From an uncultured Candidatus Actinomarinales bacterium (GTDB lineage Bacteria; Actinomycetota; Acidimicrobiia; Actinomarinales; Actinomarinaceae): a DNA stretch of 64,000 bases. The notes below the pieces were generated by a model. It was not told the origin of the DNA and ran no database searches. It saw nothing but the letters and a program-made list of their open reading frames with translations. The stretch spans positions 523,827 through 587,826 of the forward strand of contig CALSSQ010000001.1 of assembly GCA_943789065.1 (NCBI GenBank), given 5' to 3'. The position numbers and the translations under genes are program-made. Shown piece after piece: positions 19,616 to 29,758 of the stretch (the first letter of the stretch is position 1; the number at the start of each line of letters is the position of its first letter).

Positions 19616-22600
19616 ATGTTCAAAAGAGTTAACAATAATATTAATCTTGCATCCCAAGAACAGAATACATCTGCTTACTGGGATGAAATAAACGCATTTG
19701 ATAACTCAATGGAGAATCGAAAAGATCAAAAAGTTTTTAGATTCTACGATGGACCACCATTTCCTACAGGCAGCCCACATTATGGCAACTTACTTGCAGG
19801 AGTAATAAAAGATATAGTTCCAAGGTACTGGACTATGCGAGGATATTATGTAGAAAGACGATTCGGCTGGGACGTACATGGTTTGCCTATTGAAATGGAA
19901 GTACAGAAACAACTGGGGTTAGACGATCCTCAACAAATTAATGATTTTGGTATAGGTAAATTTAATGAAGCATGTAGAAGCCAAGTGCAAACTAATACAG
20001 AAAATTGGGAACGAGTCACTAGAAAAATCGGTAGGTGGGTAGATTTTGAGAATGATTACAAGACTATGGATATTGACTTTATGGAGAGTGTCTGGTGGGT
20101 ATTTAAAAACTTATGGGAAAATGATTTAATATATAAAGATTATAAAGTTTTACCATACTCTTGGTCGGCAGCCACACCATTATCAAATTTCGAAGCCAAT
20201 ATGGACTACAGGGATGTTGAAGACCCCTCAATATTTTTTACGCTTACAGCTCGCGGTGACTTTAATAAAATACAAAAATCAGACAAATTTTTAGTCTGGA
20301 CAACTACCCCATGGTGCATTCCAGGAAATTTAGCAATAGCCATTGGAAAAGACATAGAATATCTGAGAATTCAAATAACAGATGACATATTTTGGATAGC
20401 CAAAAATCTTATTTCAGAGTTAAAGGACTATGAATATAAAATTTTAGATGAGTCAATTGGTGCAGATATGATTGGTGCTGAATACATTCCAGCGTACAGT
20501 GAGTATGAGCACGAATACTCCAATGGAGCATTTCGATTAATTCATAGCGATGACACTAATACTGAAGCCGGCTCTGGTTTAGTTTCTCAAGCTCCTGCAT
20601 ATGGTGAGAGTGATTTTTATGCATTGAAAGAAGCAAATATCGATGTGATTGTTGATCCCGTTACCCTATCAGGCAAATTTGATAATTCAATAAACGGTAT
20701 TGAGGGATTAAACGTAAAAGATGCAGACAAGGTAATAATGAACCAACTAAAAGAACGTGGTTCTCTTTTCAGTCAAAAGACAGAAATGCACTCATACCCC
20801 TTCTGTTGGAGAACTGGTACTCCTTTAATATATAAAGCTATTCCTACCTGGTTTGTGAGAGTAGAGAAAATAAGAGATCGTATGGTTGAACTAAATGAAG
20901 AAACCCATTGGGTACCTGGTTTCATAGGAGAAAAACGTTTCTCAAATTGGCTTGGTAATGCTCGTGACTGGGCCATTAGTAGAAACAGATACTGGGGAAG
21001 CTGTATTCCAGTCTGGATAAACACTGAAGATCCATCTGATCAGATCTGTATTGGATCTATTGAGGAACTTGAAGAGTTAAGCGGTGTTAAGGTAGACGAT
21101 CTTCATAAACACTACTTAGACGATATTGAAATAGAAATAAAAGGTAAGAAATATGTAAGAACTTCAGAAGTTCTTGATTGTTGGTTTGAATCAGGTTCTA
21201 TGCCGTATGGCCAACAGCATTATCCATTTGAAAATAAAGAAAATTTTTCAGATGGTTTTCCTGCAGACTTCATAGCTGAGGGACTTGATCAAACAAGAGG
21301 ATGGTTTTACACGCTTACAATTTTATCAGTTGCATTATTTGATTCCGTAGCTTTTAAAAATTGTATAACTACAGGAATGATTTTGGCTGAAGATGGCAGA
21401 AAGATGAGTAAAAGTTTAAAAAATTATCCAGATCCTGAAGAATTACTCAATAGCTATGGTGGAGATAGTTTAAGAGCTTATCTAATAAATTCACCAGTTG
21501 TAAGAGGTGAACCTCTTAAGTTTTCTGAAGATGGTGTGCAGCTAGTTACTAGAAATGTAATCTTGCCGCTATGGAACAGTTTTACATTTTTCTCTAATTA
21601 CGCAAATGCAGATGAAATTACAATGGAAGAATTAAGTAAAGCTGACCCTGTTGAAAATAGGCCATTAATGGATCAATGGATTATTTCGACTTTACAATCA
21701 CTTATTAAGACTGTGAACGAAAAAATGGAGAACTATTATTTATATGAAGTTATCCCACCACTAATAAGTTTTATTGACGAATTAACGAACTGGTATGTTA
21801 GATCAAACCGAAAAAGATTTTGGAAAGAAAAAGGTGTTGATGATCTTGACAAAATTAATGCATTTAAAACTTTGCATGAAGTTTTATTAGAATTTTCAAA
21901 GACAATGGCTCCTGTACTCCCCTTCATCTGTGAACAGATTTATCAGGGCTTAGTTGAGGAGGAAGATACAAGTATCCATTATGAAAACTATCCCGTTGCA
22001 GATAACAATTTAATCAATACTCAATTAGAGAAAGAAATCTCAACAGCTAAAGATGTTATAAGATCCGCAAGAAATATAAGGCTTAATGTAGAGATGCCCA
22101 ATAAGCAACCTTTAAGAAGTTTAAAAATTGTTACTAAGGATACAAGCCTACAAAACGAAATAAAAAATGTAGAGCACATAATTCTTAATGAGCTAAACGT
22201 GAAAGAAATTATTTTTGAAAACAATATATCTGAATGGGTTAAATATGTATGTAAACCAAACTATCAAGAATTGGGACCGAAGCTAGGAAAAGATGTTAAC
22301 AAACTTAAATTAGAGTTAGATTCGCTAAATCAAGATGAAATTGCGCAAATTATTGAAGCGGGATCTTTTAACTTTAATAATCGAAAAATTGATCTACACA
22401 GTTTAGATTTACAGTTAGTTCCAATAGCTGAAAAGCCAAATCAAGATATTGTTAATGATTTTCTAATCTCATTAAATACAGACATAGATGATGAATTGCT
22501 TGAAGAAAGAATCTCTAGAGAAATTGTTTCCCTCATACAAAAGTTGCGTAAAGAAAGTGATTATGACATAACTGATAGAATCATTACTACCATATCTTCT

Positions 22601-22747
22601 GAAGATGAAACAGTGCTTTCAGCTATTAAATCTCACGTAAAATATATTCAAAATGAGACTCTCTCAGTGAATTTTTCTACTGTTAAAGAACCTGGAACAG
22701 AAAATTTATTGAACTACTTGATTTCAATACAAATTGAAAAGTCTTAG
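19616..22747 (+). CDS. ileS: Isoleucine--tRNA ligase.
   Basis: HIGH-type motif PFPTGSPHYGNLLAG, KMSKS motif, CP1 editing domain; 1043 aa. Confidence 0.9.
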   Translation: MFKRVNNNINLASQEQNTSAYWDEINAFDNSMENRKDQKVFRFYDGPPFPTGSPHYGNLLAGVIKDIVPRYWTMRGYYVERRFGWDVHGLPIEMEVQKQLGLDDPQQINDFGIGKFNEACRSQVQTNTENWERVTRKIGRWVDFENDYKTMDIDFMESVWWVFKNLWENDLIYKDYKVLPYSWSAATPLSNFEANMDYRDVEDPSIFFTLTARGDFNKIQKSDKFLVWTTTPWCIPGNLAIAIGKDIEYLRIQITDDIFWIAKNLISELKDYEYKILDESIGADMIGAEYIPAYSEYEHEYSNGAFRLIHSDDTNTEAGSGLVSQAPAYGESDFYALKEANIDVIVDPVTLSGKFDNSINGIEGLNVKDADKVIMNQLKERGSLFSQKTEMHSYPFCWRTGTPLIYKAIPTWFVRVEKIRDRMVELNEETHWVPGFIGEKRFSNWLGNARDWAISRNRYWGSCIPVWINTEDPSDQICIGSIEELEELSGVKVDDLHKHYLDDIEIEIKGKKYVRTSEVLDCWFESGSMPYGQQHYPFENKENFSDGFPADFIAEGLDQTRGWFYTLTILSVALFDSVAFKNCITTGMILAEDGRKMSKSLKNYPDPEELLNSYGGDSLRAYLINSPVVRGEPLKFSEDGVQLVTRNVILPLWNSFTFFSNYANADEITMEELSKADPVENRPLMDQWIISTLQSLIKTVNEKMENYYLYEVIPPLISFIDELTNWYVRSNRKRFWKEKGVDDLDKINAFKTLHEVLLEFSKTMAPVLPFICEQIYQGLVEEEDTSIHYENYPVADNNLINTQLEKEISTAKDVIRSARNIRLNVEMPNKQPLRSLKIVTKDTSLQNEIKNVEHIILNELNVKEIIFENNISEWVKYVCKPNYQELGPKLGKDVNKLKLELDSLNQDEIAQIIEAGSFNFNNRKIDLHSLDLQLVPIAEKPNQDIVNDFLISLNTDIDDELLEERISREIVSLIQKLRKESDYDITDRIITTISSEDETVLSAIKSHVKYIQNETLSVNFSTVKEPGTENLLNYLISIQIEKS

Positions 22748-23010
22748 CAAACAGCTCTTAGTAGATAAGGCTGTAATAGGTTAACTCCAAATATTAAAAC
22801 GAGTGGTGATAAATCTAAACCAGCCATACCTATTCTAAGGGTAGGCATTCTTGAACGTATCGGCTCTAATATTCTTGTAAAACCTTTATCTAAAACATAT
22901 TTCACTTGACCCAGAGGATGCTCAGGCGAAACTTGAACCCAACTTAAAATTATCCATGCGAATAGAGCATATGAGAAAAACCTGAAAAAGAGTATCAGTA
23001 AGCTACACAT
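22744..23010 (-). CDS. yggT: YggT-family membrane protein (cell-division associated).
   Basis: 88 aa, two transmembrane segments, position immediately after sepF. Confidence 0.7.
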   Translation of the reverse strand: MCSLLILFFRFFSYALFAWIILSWVQVSPEHPLGQVKYVLDKGFTRILEPIRSRMPTLRIGMAGLDLSPLVLIFGVNLLQPYLLRAVC

Positions 23011-23443
23011 TAATATTGTAAAGGCCTAAGTTTTGCAGCCTTTCTCTTTCGCTAGACGGAAGTGATGCTGATGCAGGAAGTAGTAAATATACTCCATCTT
23101 TGTTAATTGATCTAATTTTTGCGTCGCTGATAAAAGCCATGCCAGTTACAAAATCTATAATTCTTCTGCGGTCTGTTTGATCAGATATATCTCGAATATC
23201 CATTGCAACAATGTAGTCTTCTTTTACAACATTTCCTAAGTTGTGAATATCATTAAATGACTTCAGTACTTTAATCTCCACTTCATCTTTCGGGTTATGA
23301 ATTCTTACATCTCCAACTTGTTCATCTGTAGAAAATCTGTTTTCTGTGGAAGGTCTTACAGTTCTATTTTGTTGAGGTGAATTGTCAAAACTTAGGTTTT
23401 CCGGTTGCTTGAGTCCAATTGCTATTAAGAATTTTTCTAACAT
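23003..23443 (-). CDS. sepF: Cell division protein SepF.
   Basis: DUF552 core IVAMDIRDISDQTDRRRIIDFVTGMAFISDAKI; position between yggS and yggT. Confidence 0.8.
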   Translation of the reverse strand: MLEKFLIAIGLKQPENLSFDNSPQQNRTVRPSTENRFSTDEQVGDVRIHNPKDEVEIKVLKSFNDIHNLGNVVKEDYIVAMDIRDISDQTDRRRIIDFVTGMAFISDAKIRSINKDGVYLLLPASASLPSSERERLQNLGLYNINV

Positions 23444-24057
23444 TATAAAAATATTTTACTACCTACACGTATTATTGTAGCACCGTAATCTAGAGCAATC
23501 TCATAATCATCAGACATGCCCATAGATAGTTCACCAGGATAGTTTTTATACTGAATTTTTATTTTTTCATTTAATTTTTGCATTGAAGAAAACACTTTTT
23601 TTCTATTAGATTCTATATTAGGTATACACATTAAACCTACTGGCTGTATACCAAGGGTTAGAGAATAATCAATAAAATGGTTTAACTTATCTCCACTAAT
23701 ACCACTCTTATTGGGATCACTATCGATATTTACCTGTATAAATATATTTTGACCAGAATAAGTTTTGGAAATTACATCTAGCTCCTTCTCTCTGGAGACC
23801 GAATGTAATGTCACACACTTGCTTAATATTTCAGAAATCTTTCTTGATTGCAATGGTGCGATAAAGTGATAATTACTATCTGGGAAATGTTTGTGGTGTA
23901 GATGAAGTTCATCTAACCTATTTTCGCCCAGATCTTTGATTCCAAAATTAATCAACTTATTTATGTCTTCTATATTCTGATTTTTAACAACAGGTAATAA
24001 TCTTGCATTAAATTTTGAAATTTTATTAACTATTTTTTCTAAGTTTTTTATATCCAT
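23443..24057 (-). CDS. yggS: YggS/PLPBP-family pyridoxal phosphate homeostasis protein.
   Basis: Alanine-racemase N-terminal fold, LLPVVKNQ PLP-lysine region; position after ftsZ-pgeF. Confidence 0.7.
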   Translation of the reverse strand: MDIKNLEKIVNKISKFNARLLPVVKNQNIEDINKLINFGIKDLGENRLDELHLHHKHFPDSNYHFIAPLQSRKISEILSKCVTLHSVSREKELDVISKTYSGQNIFIQVNIDSDPNKSGISGDKLNHFIDYSLTLGIQPVGLMCIPNIESNRKKVFSSMQKLNEKIKIQYKNYPGELSMGMSDDYEIALDYGATIIRVGSKIFL

Positions 24058-24653
24058 ATGAAAGAATACTGTCTTTGTGCTGTTTTATTTTCTCTAAAGG
24101 ACCAGAAGTTATTATCACAAACAGTACAATTTTTTGATACTTGAATTTCTATGTCGTTTAATTGGCAAAAATTTACAATTTGTTTAGACAAGTTTAAATA
24201 AATTTTATCTTTTCTTTTTAAAACACTTTTGGGAAACAGTTGGGCTACATCATTTTGTATCTCATAGCAACAACTTTGAGCATGAGGTCCAACTGAAACC
24301 TTAATGTTAGTACCGGTAATTTTCCTTAAGGCCAAGTTGAAAATATCATTTTGTAAACCTTTCCAACCGACATGTAAGGCAGCAATTGATGATTCTGTTT
24401 TAATTAGTACAGGCATGCAATCAGCCGTTTTAACAACTAATGATATATTTTTTGTTGACGTAACCAGTCCATCAGAAGAAAAAATACCTTCTGTCTCAAT
24501 ATACTCAATCTTATTACTGTGAGTTTGATTCATCTGAGCAACATCAAGGAGCATTTCACCTGACGGTTTTTGGCTCCTTAAAATGTCAGCTAGATCATTT
24601 CCATCAATTTTGTTACTAAAGTAACTTTGTTCAATAAGCGAAGACTCAATCAT
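24048..24653 (-). CDS. pgeF: Peptidoglycan editing factor PgeF / YfiH (DUF152, laccase domain).
   Basis: Motifs QTHSNKI, ADCMPVLI, HVGWKGL; immediately downstream of ftsZ. Confidence 0.75.
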   Translation of the reverse strand: MIESSLIEQSYFSNKIDGNDLADILRSQKPSGEMLLDVAQMNQTHSNKIEYIETEGIFSSDGLVTSTKNISLVVKTADCMPVLIKTESSIAALHVGWKGLQNDIFNLALRKITGTNIKVSVGPHAQSCCYEIQNDVAQLFPKSVLKRKDKIYLNLSKQIVNFCQLNDIEIQVSKNCTVCDNNFWSFRENKTAQRQYSFIWI

Positions 24654-25717
24654 CCCTTGATAAAGTCAGGAAGACCGTCACCCCCGGAGTCTTGATTTTC
24701 ATCAAAATCTTTTGGCTTTCTTGTTGGTCTAGGCCCAAATCCGGCAGCAACTACGGTTACTTCAACAGCATCACCCAAGGTTTCATCCACTGTGTGTCCA
24801 AATATAATTTCAGCATTGTCATCTGCACGTTCTGTAATTACTCTTGCAGCTTCATTCACCTCTTGAAGTTTTAAGTCTTCAGATCCTGCTATTGTAATCA
24901 AAACACCTTCAGCACCGTCCATATTTGCTTCTAGTAGTGGCGAAGATATTGCAGCTTGTGCAGCATTTGGAGCTCTTTGTTCTCCTGTGGATCTACCTAT
25001 ACCAAGAACTGCGTTTCCTGCATCTTTTAGTATTGTTCTAACATCTGCAAAGTCAACATTTATAACACCTGGATTTGTTATTAGACCAGTAATGCCTTTA
25101 ACACCATTAGCTAAGATTTCATCAGATTTAATGTAAGCTTCGCTTACTTTTATATCCTTATCACTTATTTGTAATAACCTATCGTTAGGAATTACAATTA
25201 AAGTATCTACTACATCTCTTAAAGCCTGGATTCCCTCTTCAGCCTGAACAGATCTTCTTCTTCCTTCAAAACCAAAAGGTCGAGTTACAACACCAACAGT
25301 TAACGCACCCAATTCATGTGCAATATTTGCGATTACTGGTGAAGCTCCAGTACCAGTTCCGCCACCTTCACCAGCAGCAATAAATACCATATCCGAACCT
25401 TTAAGTGCTTCAATAATTAATTCTTCAGAATCAATAGCAGCTTGTCTACCAACCTCAGGATTAGCACCTGCTCCAAGACCTCTAGTTGATTTTCTACCAA
25501 GATCAAGTTTCATATCAGCTTTGGAGCCAAGTAGGCTTTGTGCGTCTGTATTACAAGCTACAAAATCTACTCCGCCAATATTCATTTTCATCATTCGATT
25601 GACAGCATTTGTACCACCGCCGCCAACACCCATGACTTTGATTACAGCTGTGTAATTTTTAGGTCTCATGTTTAAATTAACTCCTTTTTGTTTAGTATTT
25701 TTTTTATTTTGTTTCAT
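24650..25717 (-). CDS. ftsZ: Cell division GTPase FtsZ.
   Basis: Tubulin signature GGGTGTG (AAGEGGGTGTGASPV), T7 loop NxDFAD. Confidence 0.95.
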   Translation of the reverse strand: MKQNKKNTKQKGVNLNMRPKNYTAVIKVMGVGGGGTNAVNRMMKMNIGGVDFVACNTDAQSLLGSKADMKLDLGRKSTRGLGAGANPEVGRQAAIDSEELIIEALKGSDMVFIAAGEGGGTGTGASPVIANIAHELGALTVGVVTRPFGFEGRRRSVQAEEGIQALRDVVDTLIVIPNDRLLQISDKDIKVSEAYIKSDEILANGVKGITGLITNPGVINVDFADVRTILKDAGNAVLGIGRSTGEQRAPNAAQAAISSPLLEANMDGAEGVLITIAGSEDLKLQEVNEAARVITERADDNAEIIFGHTVDETLGDAVEVTVVAAGFGPRPTRKPKDFDENQDSGGDGLPDFIKG

Positions 25718-25809
25718 TAAAATCCTTTTTCAAAAAAAGAATATCATTAATACCGTCTTAAACAAATATATATTTTATATTTTATCTAGACCTATAGTTT
25801 AGGTTTAGA

Positions 25810-26502
25810 TTAATTACAATTCTCGATTGTTGATTCTGATGTTAAAAATCTAACTGTACCATCACAACTATTATCAGAGAGGTAAGCTCCAAGTATTGAA
25901 GCTTTCTTCCCTAGGTCAACAGCATCTCCTAATTGAAAGGTAGTCTTGCCGTAATAAGCGTTGAATGCTTCACCATCATATTTGATCTGTAAAGACTGTT
26001 TGGTGTATTGATAATTATCCAGTGTCTTAAACAGGGAGATCAATTCACCATTAAAACCACTATCGACTGGCCCATTTTCAATCTTGACTATTGGTAATGT
26101 GTTTTCAATTGTTGGAGCACTTACTACATATGAATTTTCATATAATATGGTGTATGTTTCAATCGACGCCCTTAAATCTATTATGTTTGCCAGTTGTTGG
26201 TATAAGTTAACCGAAATAATAAGCTTATTTGGTAATCTTTTAGTTATGTTTAAATTTTTAATATCAGGATTGTCATCATAAATCTGCTGAAAAGAATTTT
26301 CGTCAACAAACCAAATAGATTTTCCATATAATAAATTTAAACTTTCCATAGCAAGTTGATCTTCCATTGAATACTCTATTTCAGAAACACGAAATTTTTG
26401 AGATGAGCTATTCATAATTATTAAGGAAGTAGCTAATGTTATAAAGGCAAAAATTATGAATGATTTAAAAAAGCGAATTTGATTTAAGTTGAACTCGTTC
26501 AT
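25810..26502 (-). CDS. ftsQ: Cell division protein FtsQ/DivIB.
   Basis: N-terminal transmembrane segment followed by POTRA-like and beta domains; position between ftsZ and the mur genes. Confidence 0.65.
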   Translation of the reverse strand: MNEFNLNQIRFFKSFIIFAFITLATSLIIMNSSSQKFRVSEIEYSMEDQLAMESLNLLYGKSIWFVDENSFQQIYDDNPDIKNLNITKRLPNKLIISVNLYQQLANIIDLRASIETYTILYENSYVVSAPTIENTLPIVKIENGPVDSGFNGELISLFKTLDNYQYTKQSLQIKYDGEAFNAYYGKTTFQLGDAVDLGKKASILGAYLSDNSCDGTVRFLTSESTIENCN

Positions 26503-26504
26503 GT

Positions 26505-27365
26505 TTAATTGAATTTACCTGCGAATATTATCTCTTCCGTTAAGGAAATATCAAATTTTTGACGAACTATGCCTTTTACGTATTTCACTAATTCATACAA
26601 AGACTGAGCTTTTGAATCTTTCTGAGCTACAAAAAAATTAGCATGTTTTTGACTCACTTCTACCCCTCCTATTGAGAAGCCTTTAAGACCAGCTTTTTCG
26701 ATGAGGTAACCAGCTGATCCGTTTTTGGGATTCTTGAATACACTACCAGCATTGTATATTGCTGGAGGTTGTGTTTTTTTTCTACGATTAAGATATTCAC
26801 TTATTTGACTTTGGATTACAATAGGATCGCCTTTTTCTACTATAAAATCTACAGAAACGACCATTTTACTATCTAGATTTTTTGCAGTTCTATATGAAAA
26901 CTCAAAAAAGTCTTTACTTTCTGATTCAATTTTATTCGTTTCAAAATTGTAAAAAGTTACTGATTCTATATGATCAGAAAACTCATATCCATACGCCCCA
27001 GCATTCATCTGAACAGCACCGCCAACTGATCCTGGAATGCCAATCAGCCACTCAAGGCTACTAATTGAGTTATCTTTTGAAAATCGTGCAATATCAGGAA
27101 GGTAAGTAGAAGCACCCAGACTCAAAATATTCTTTTCTATATTTAATTCAATAAAATTAAAATCTGGTTTAATAATAGTGCCTTCATAACCTGCATCTGA
27201 AAAGACTATATTTGAACCCTTTCCAAGTATTAATAAGTCTTTATTTCGGGTGTCCAACTTCATATTCTCTAACTGTTTTAATGAATTAATTTCAAAAAAG
27301 TTATGACAGTAACCACCAAATTTATAGGTTGTAACTTCTGAAAGTTTTACGCTAGTTTTTTTCAT
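26505..27365 (-). CDS. murB: UDP-N-acetylenolpyruvoylglucosamine reductase.
   Basis: FAD-binding domain (GKGSNIVF, IPGSVGGAVQMNAGAYG), substrate motifs GSVFKNP and SQKHANF. Confidence 0.85.
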   Translation of the reverse strand: MKKTSVKLSEVTTYKFGGYCHNFFEINSLKQLENMKLDTRNKDLLILGKGSNIVFSDAGYEGTIIKPDFNFIELNIEKNILSLGASTYLPDIARFSKDNSISSLEWLIGIPGSVGGAVQMNAGAYGYEFSDHIESVTFYNFETNKIESESKDFFEFSYRTAKNLDSKMVVSVDFIVEKGDPIVIQSQISEYLNRRKKTQPPAIYNAGSVFKNPKNGSAGYLIEKAGLKGFSIGGVEVSQKHANFFVAQKDSKAQSLYELVKYVKGIVRQKFDISLTEEIIFAGKFN

Positions 27366-28737
27366 CTAAATACTTCAATATCTGTGGTCCTAATAGTGTA
27401 ATATCGCCAGCACCTATTGTGAGGACTGCGTCACCACTATTAACCTTACCTCTTAAATAACTTGGTACAGCCCTCATAGACTTGATGTATTTAATATTCT
27501 TATCCTCGAGATTTTTACTCGAAACTCCTGGGATAGGTAACTCACCAGATGGATAGATATCAACAACAATTGCCTCGTCCGCTTTGAATAATGACATTTT
27601 GAATTTATCTAAATGTTCTTGTGTTCTCGTATATCGGTGGGGTTGAAATACTACATATAACTTGCCTTTAACGTGACTTTTTAGCGCAGTAATTGTCGCA
27701 TCAATCTCAGTAGGATGGTGACCGTAGTCATCATAAATACTTATGCCAGAAGTAGACCCAAGAAACTCTGCTCTTCGTCTTACACCAGAAAAGTGTTTAA
27801 TAGCTAGAAGTGAATCCTCAATGGAGATTCCATTTAAATAAGCAATACAAATGGCTCCAGCAATATTTGATTTAAAATGATCTCCAATCATACTTGTTTC
27901 AATTTGGAAGTTTGTACCCTCATGTGAAATAACGCCAGAGTTTATAATTGTAATTTCAGATTCATCTGAAGATGAATAACTATAAATCTTTTTAGATAGT
28001 TTTAACTTTTTTAATTCCAAATTATCTAAATTTAAAACTACATTATTACTTGTATTCTCAATAACATTTTTAAACGCATTAATTAAATTCTCAAAATTTA
28101 AGTAGTAATCTAGGTGATCCTCATCTATGTTAGTGACTAATAAATCATCTATATGTAAACTGTTAAAAGTATCGAATGCTTCATCTGCTTCTAAAATTAA
28201 CACTTTATTATCAGATCCATAGTGTCCCCCGATTCCATTAAAAGAAGTGACACCCCCAAAAATATACGAAACATTGCGTTTATTGTAATGAAATATATGT
28301 GCAAGTAAGGCTGTTGTAGAGGTCTTTCCATGGGTTCCAGTTACTCCGATAACATAATTATCTCTAGTTAGTTCCTGAAGAAACTCCGGACGAGAGAGTA
28401 CGTTTTTACTTTCAGTATTTGAAGATAAATTAGTTTTAGTTAAATTAAACGCAGTTGAGTAAATATATAAAGTATCTTTGTCATATGTTATCTCCTCAAG
28501 GTCAAAGTCGATGTTAATACTCTCTTGTTCAAGAGTATTTGTTATATAAGATTTTCTTTGATCATACCCTCCTACATTAAATCCTGCTTGGGACATGTAT
28601 TTTGCTATTGAACTCATGCCAGTGCCACCAATACCCAAAATGTATACATTTTTATAACTATTCATAATTACTTTCGCTGATAATTTTAAATATATCATCA
28701 TTTCCAACCTTGATTTGATACGATGTAAAGTTTTCAT
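27352..28737 (-). CDS. murC: UDP-N-acetylmuramate--L-alanine ligase.
   Basis: GIGGTGMSSIA and GTHGKTSTT Mur-ligase motifs. The likely true start is internal (MNSYKNVYILGIGG..., about position 28665), giving an 8-nt overlap with murG. Confidence 0.85.
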   Translation of the reverse strand: MKTLHRIKSRLEMMIYLKLSAKVIMNSYKNVYILGIGGTGMSSIAKYMSQAGFNVGGYDQRKSYITNTLEQESINIDFDLEEITYDKDTLYIYSTAFNLTKTNLSSNTESKNVLSRPEFLQELTRDNYVIGVTGTHGKTSTTALLAHIFHYNKRNVSYIFGGVTSFNGIGGHYGSDNKVLILEADEAFDTFNSLHIDDLLVTNIDEDHLDYYLNFENLINAFKNVIENTSNNVVLNLDNLELKKLKLSKKIYSYSSSDESEITIINSGVISHEGTNFQIETSMIGDHFKSNIAGAICIAYLNGISIEDSLLAIKHFSGVRRRAEFLGSTSGISIYDDYGHHPTEIDATITALKSHVKGKLYVVFQPHRYTRTQEHLDKFKMSLFKADEAIVVDIYPSGELPIPGVSSKNLEDKNIKYIKSMRAVPSYLRGKVNSGDAVLTIGAGDITLLGPQILKYLDEKN

Positions 28738-29758
28738 CCAAGTAGGAAAATTTATATTTACAAATATTGTGTATTAATTCAGAAAATTCCTTGTATTCAA
28801 CTACTACTTTAGCATTTCCATTTTTTTCAAGATAGTTAGCATTAAGAGTCTGATGGCTTGCAGTGGTTCCATGTTTGAATGGAATTAACAACTGAGGAAT
28901 ATTTAGATACGCTGCTTCTAATATTCCACCACCAGCTCTGGAAATTTGGAAATCAACAGATTGATAGTAATCATTCATGTCATAGAAAAACTCAACTTGA
29001 CGATAAAAAGATTTATCAAACTTAATAGTATTAGCTTTCATTGGTCCAGTAATATGAAGAAACTCTACGTCATAGTTATCAAATTCTTCAATAAATTTAT
29101 AAATAAATTGGTTTATTTCTTCTGAACCTTGACTTCCACCTTGTATCCCAATAGTAAAGTTTCTGTTTGTATTTTTTTCGATCACTTTTTTGGTATCTAT
29201 ATTCAAAATAGGACCAGTAAAAATAGTATTTTTTCTATTTAAATTTTTTGTTTCAGGGAATGATTCAAAAACAGTACTTGGAAAATATGATGCTACCCTA
29301 TTGCCAAGGCCAGCATATTGATTTTGCTCTTGAATGTAAAACTCCGAACGAAGTATCAAACTTATTAGTGCTGCATATGGAGCAATATATGCACCGGTAG
29401 TTAATACCGTATTTATTTTTTCAGTTTTAAGTTCCTTGTAAACCTCCCATATTGTCCTGATGAACTGACCAATATTAACTAAGTATCCAAATATCCCTCT
29501 AGTGGATATATAAAATTCTTTTTGAATAATCTCGACAGTCATGTCTTCGAAGTACTTAACCCCTCTTTTATCTGAAACGATGATGATATCTTCCTCGGGT
29601 ACACCAGATTCCAATAATCTTTTTATTAGATTTTTAGCCGGAAAAATATGACCGCCTGTACCTACACAAAAAAAACAATATCTTTTATTCATTGTATAAC
29701 GTTTCATTATGCGCCAAAGATAGTCCAATAAAAATTGAAACCATTGCAGTTCCTCCAT
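28658..29758 (-). CDS. murG: Undecaprenyldiphospho-muramoylpentapeptide beta-N-acetylglucosaminyltransferase.
   Basis: GTGGHIFPA N-terminal motif. The likely start is internal (MNKRYCFF..., about 29692). Confidence 0.85.
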   Translation of the reverse strand: MEELQWFQFLLDYLWRIMKRYTMNKRYCFFCVGTGGHIFPAKNLIKRLLESGVPEEDIIIVSDKRGVKYFEDMTVEIIQKEFYISTRGIFGYLVNIGQFIRTIWEVYKELKTEKINTVLTTGAYIAPYAALISLILRSEFYIQEQNQYAGLGNRVASYFPSTVFESFPETKNLNRKNTIFTGPILNIDTKKVIEKNTNRNFTIGIQGGSQGSEEINQFIYKFIEEFDNYDVEFLHITGPMKANTIKFDKSFYRQVEFFYDMNDYYQSVDFQISRAGGGILEAAYLNIPQLLIPFKHGTTASHQTLNANYLEKNGNAKVVVEYKEFSELIHNICKYKFSYLDENFTSYQIKVGNDDIFKIISESNYE

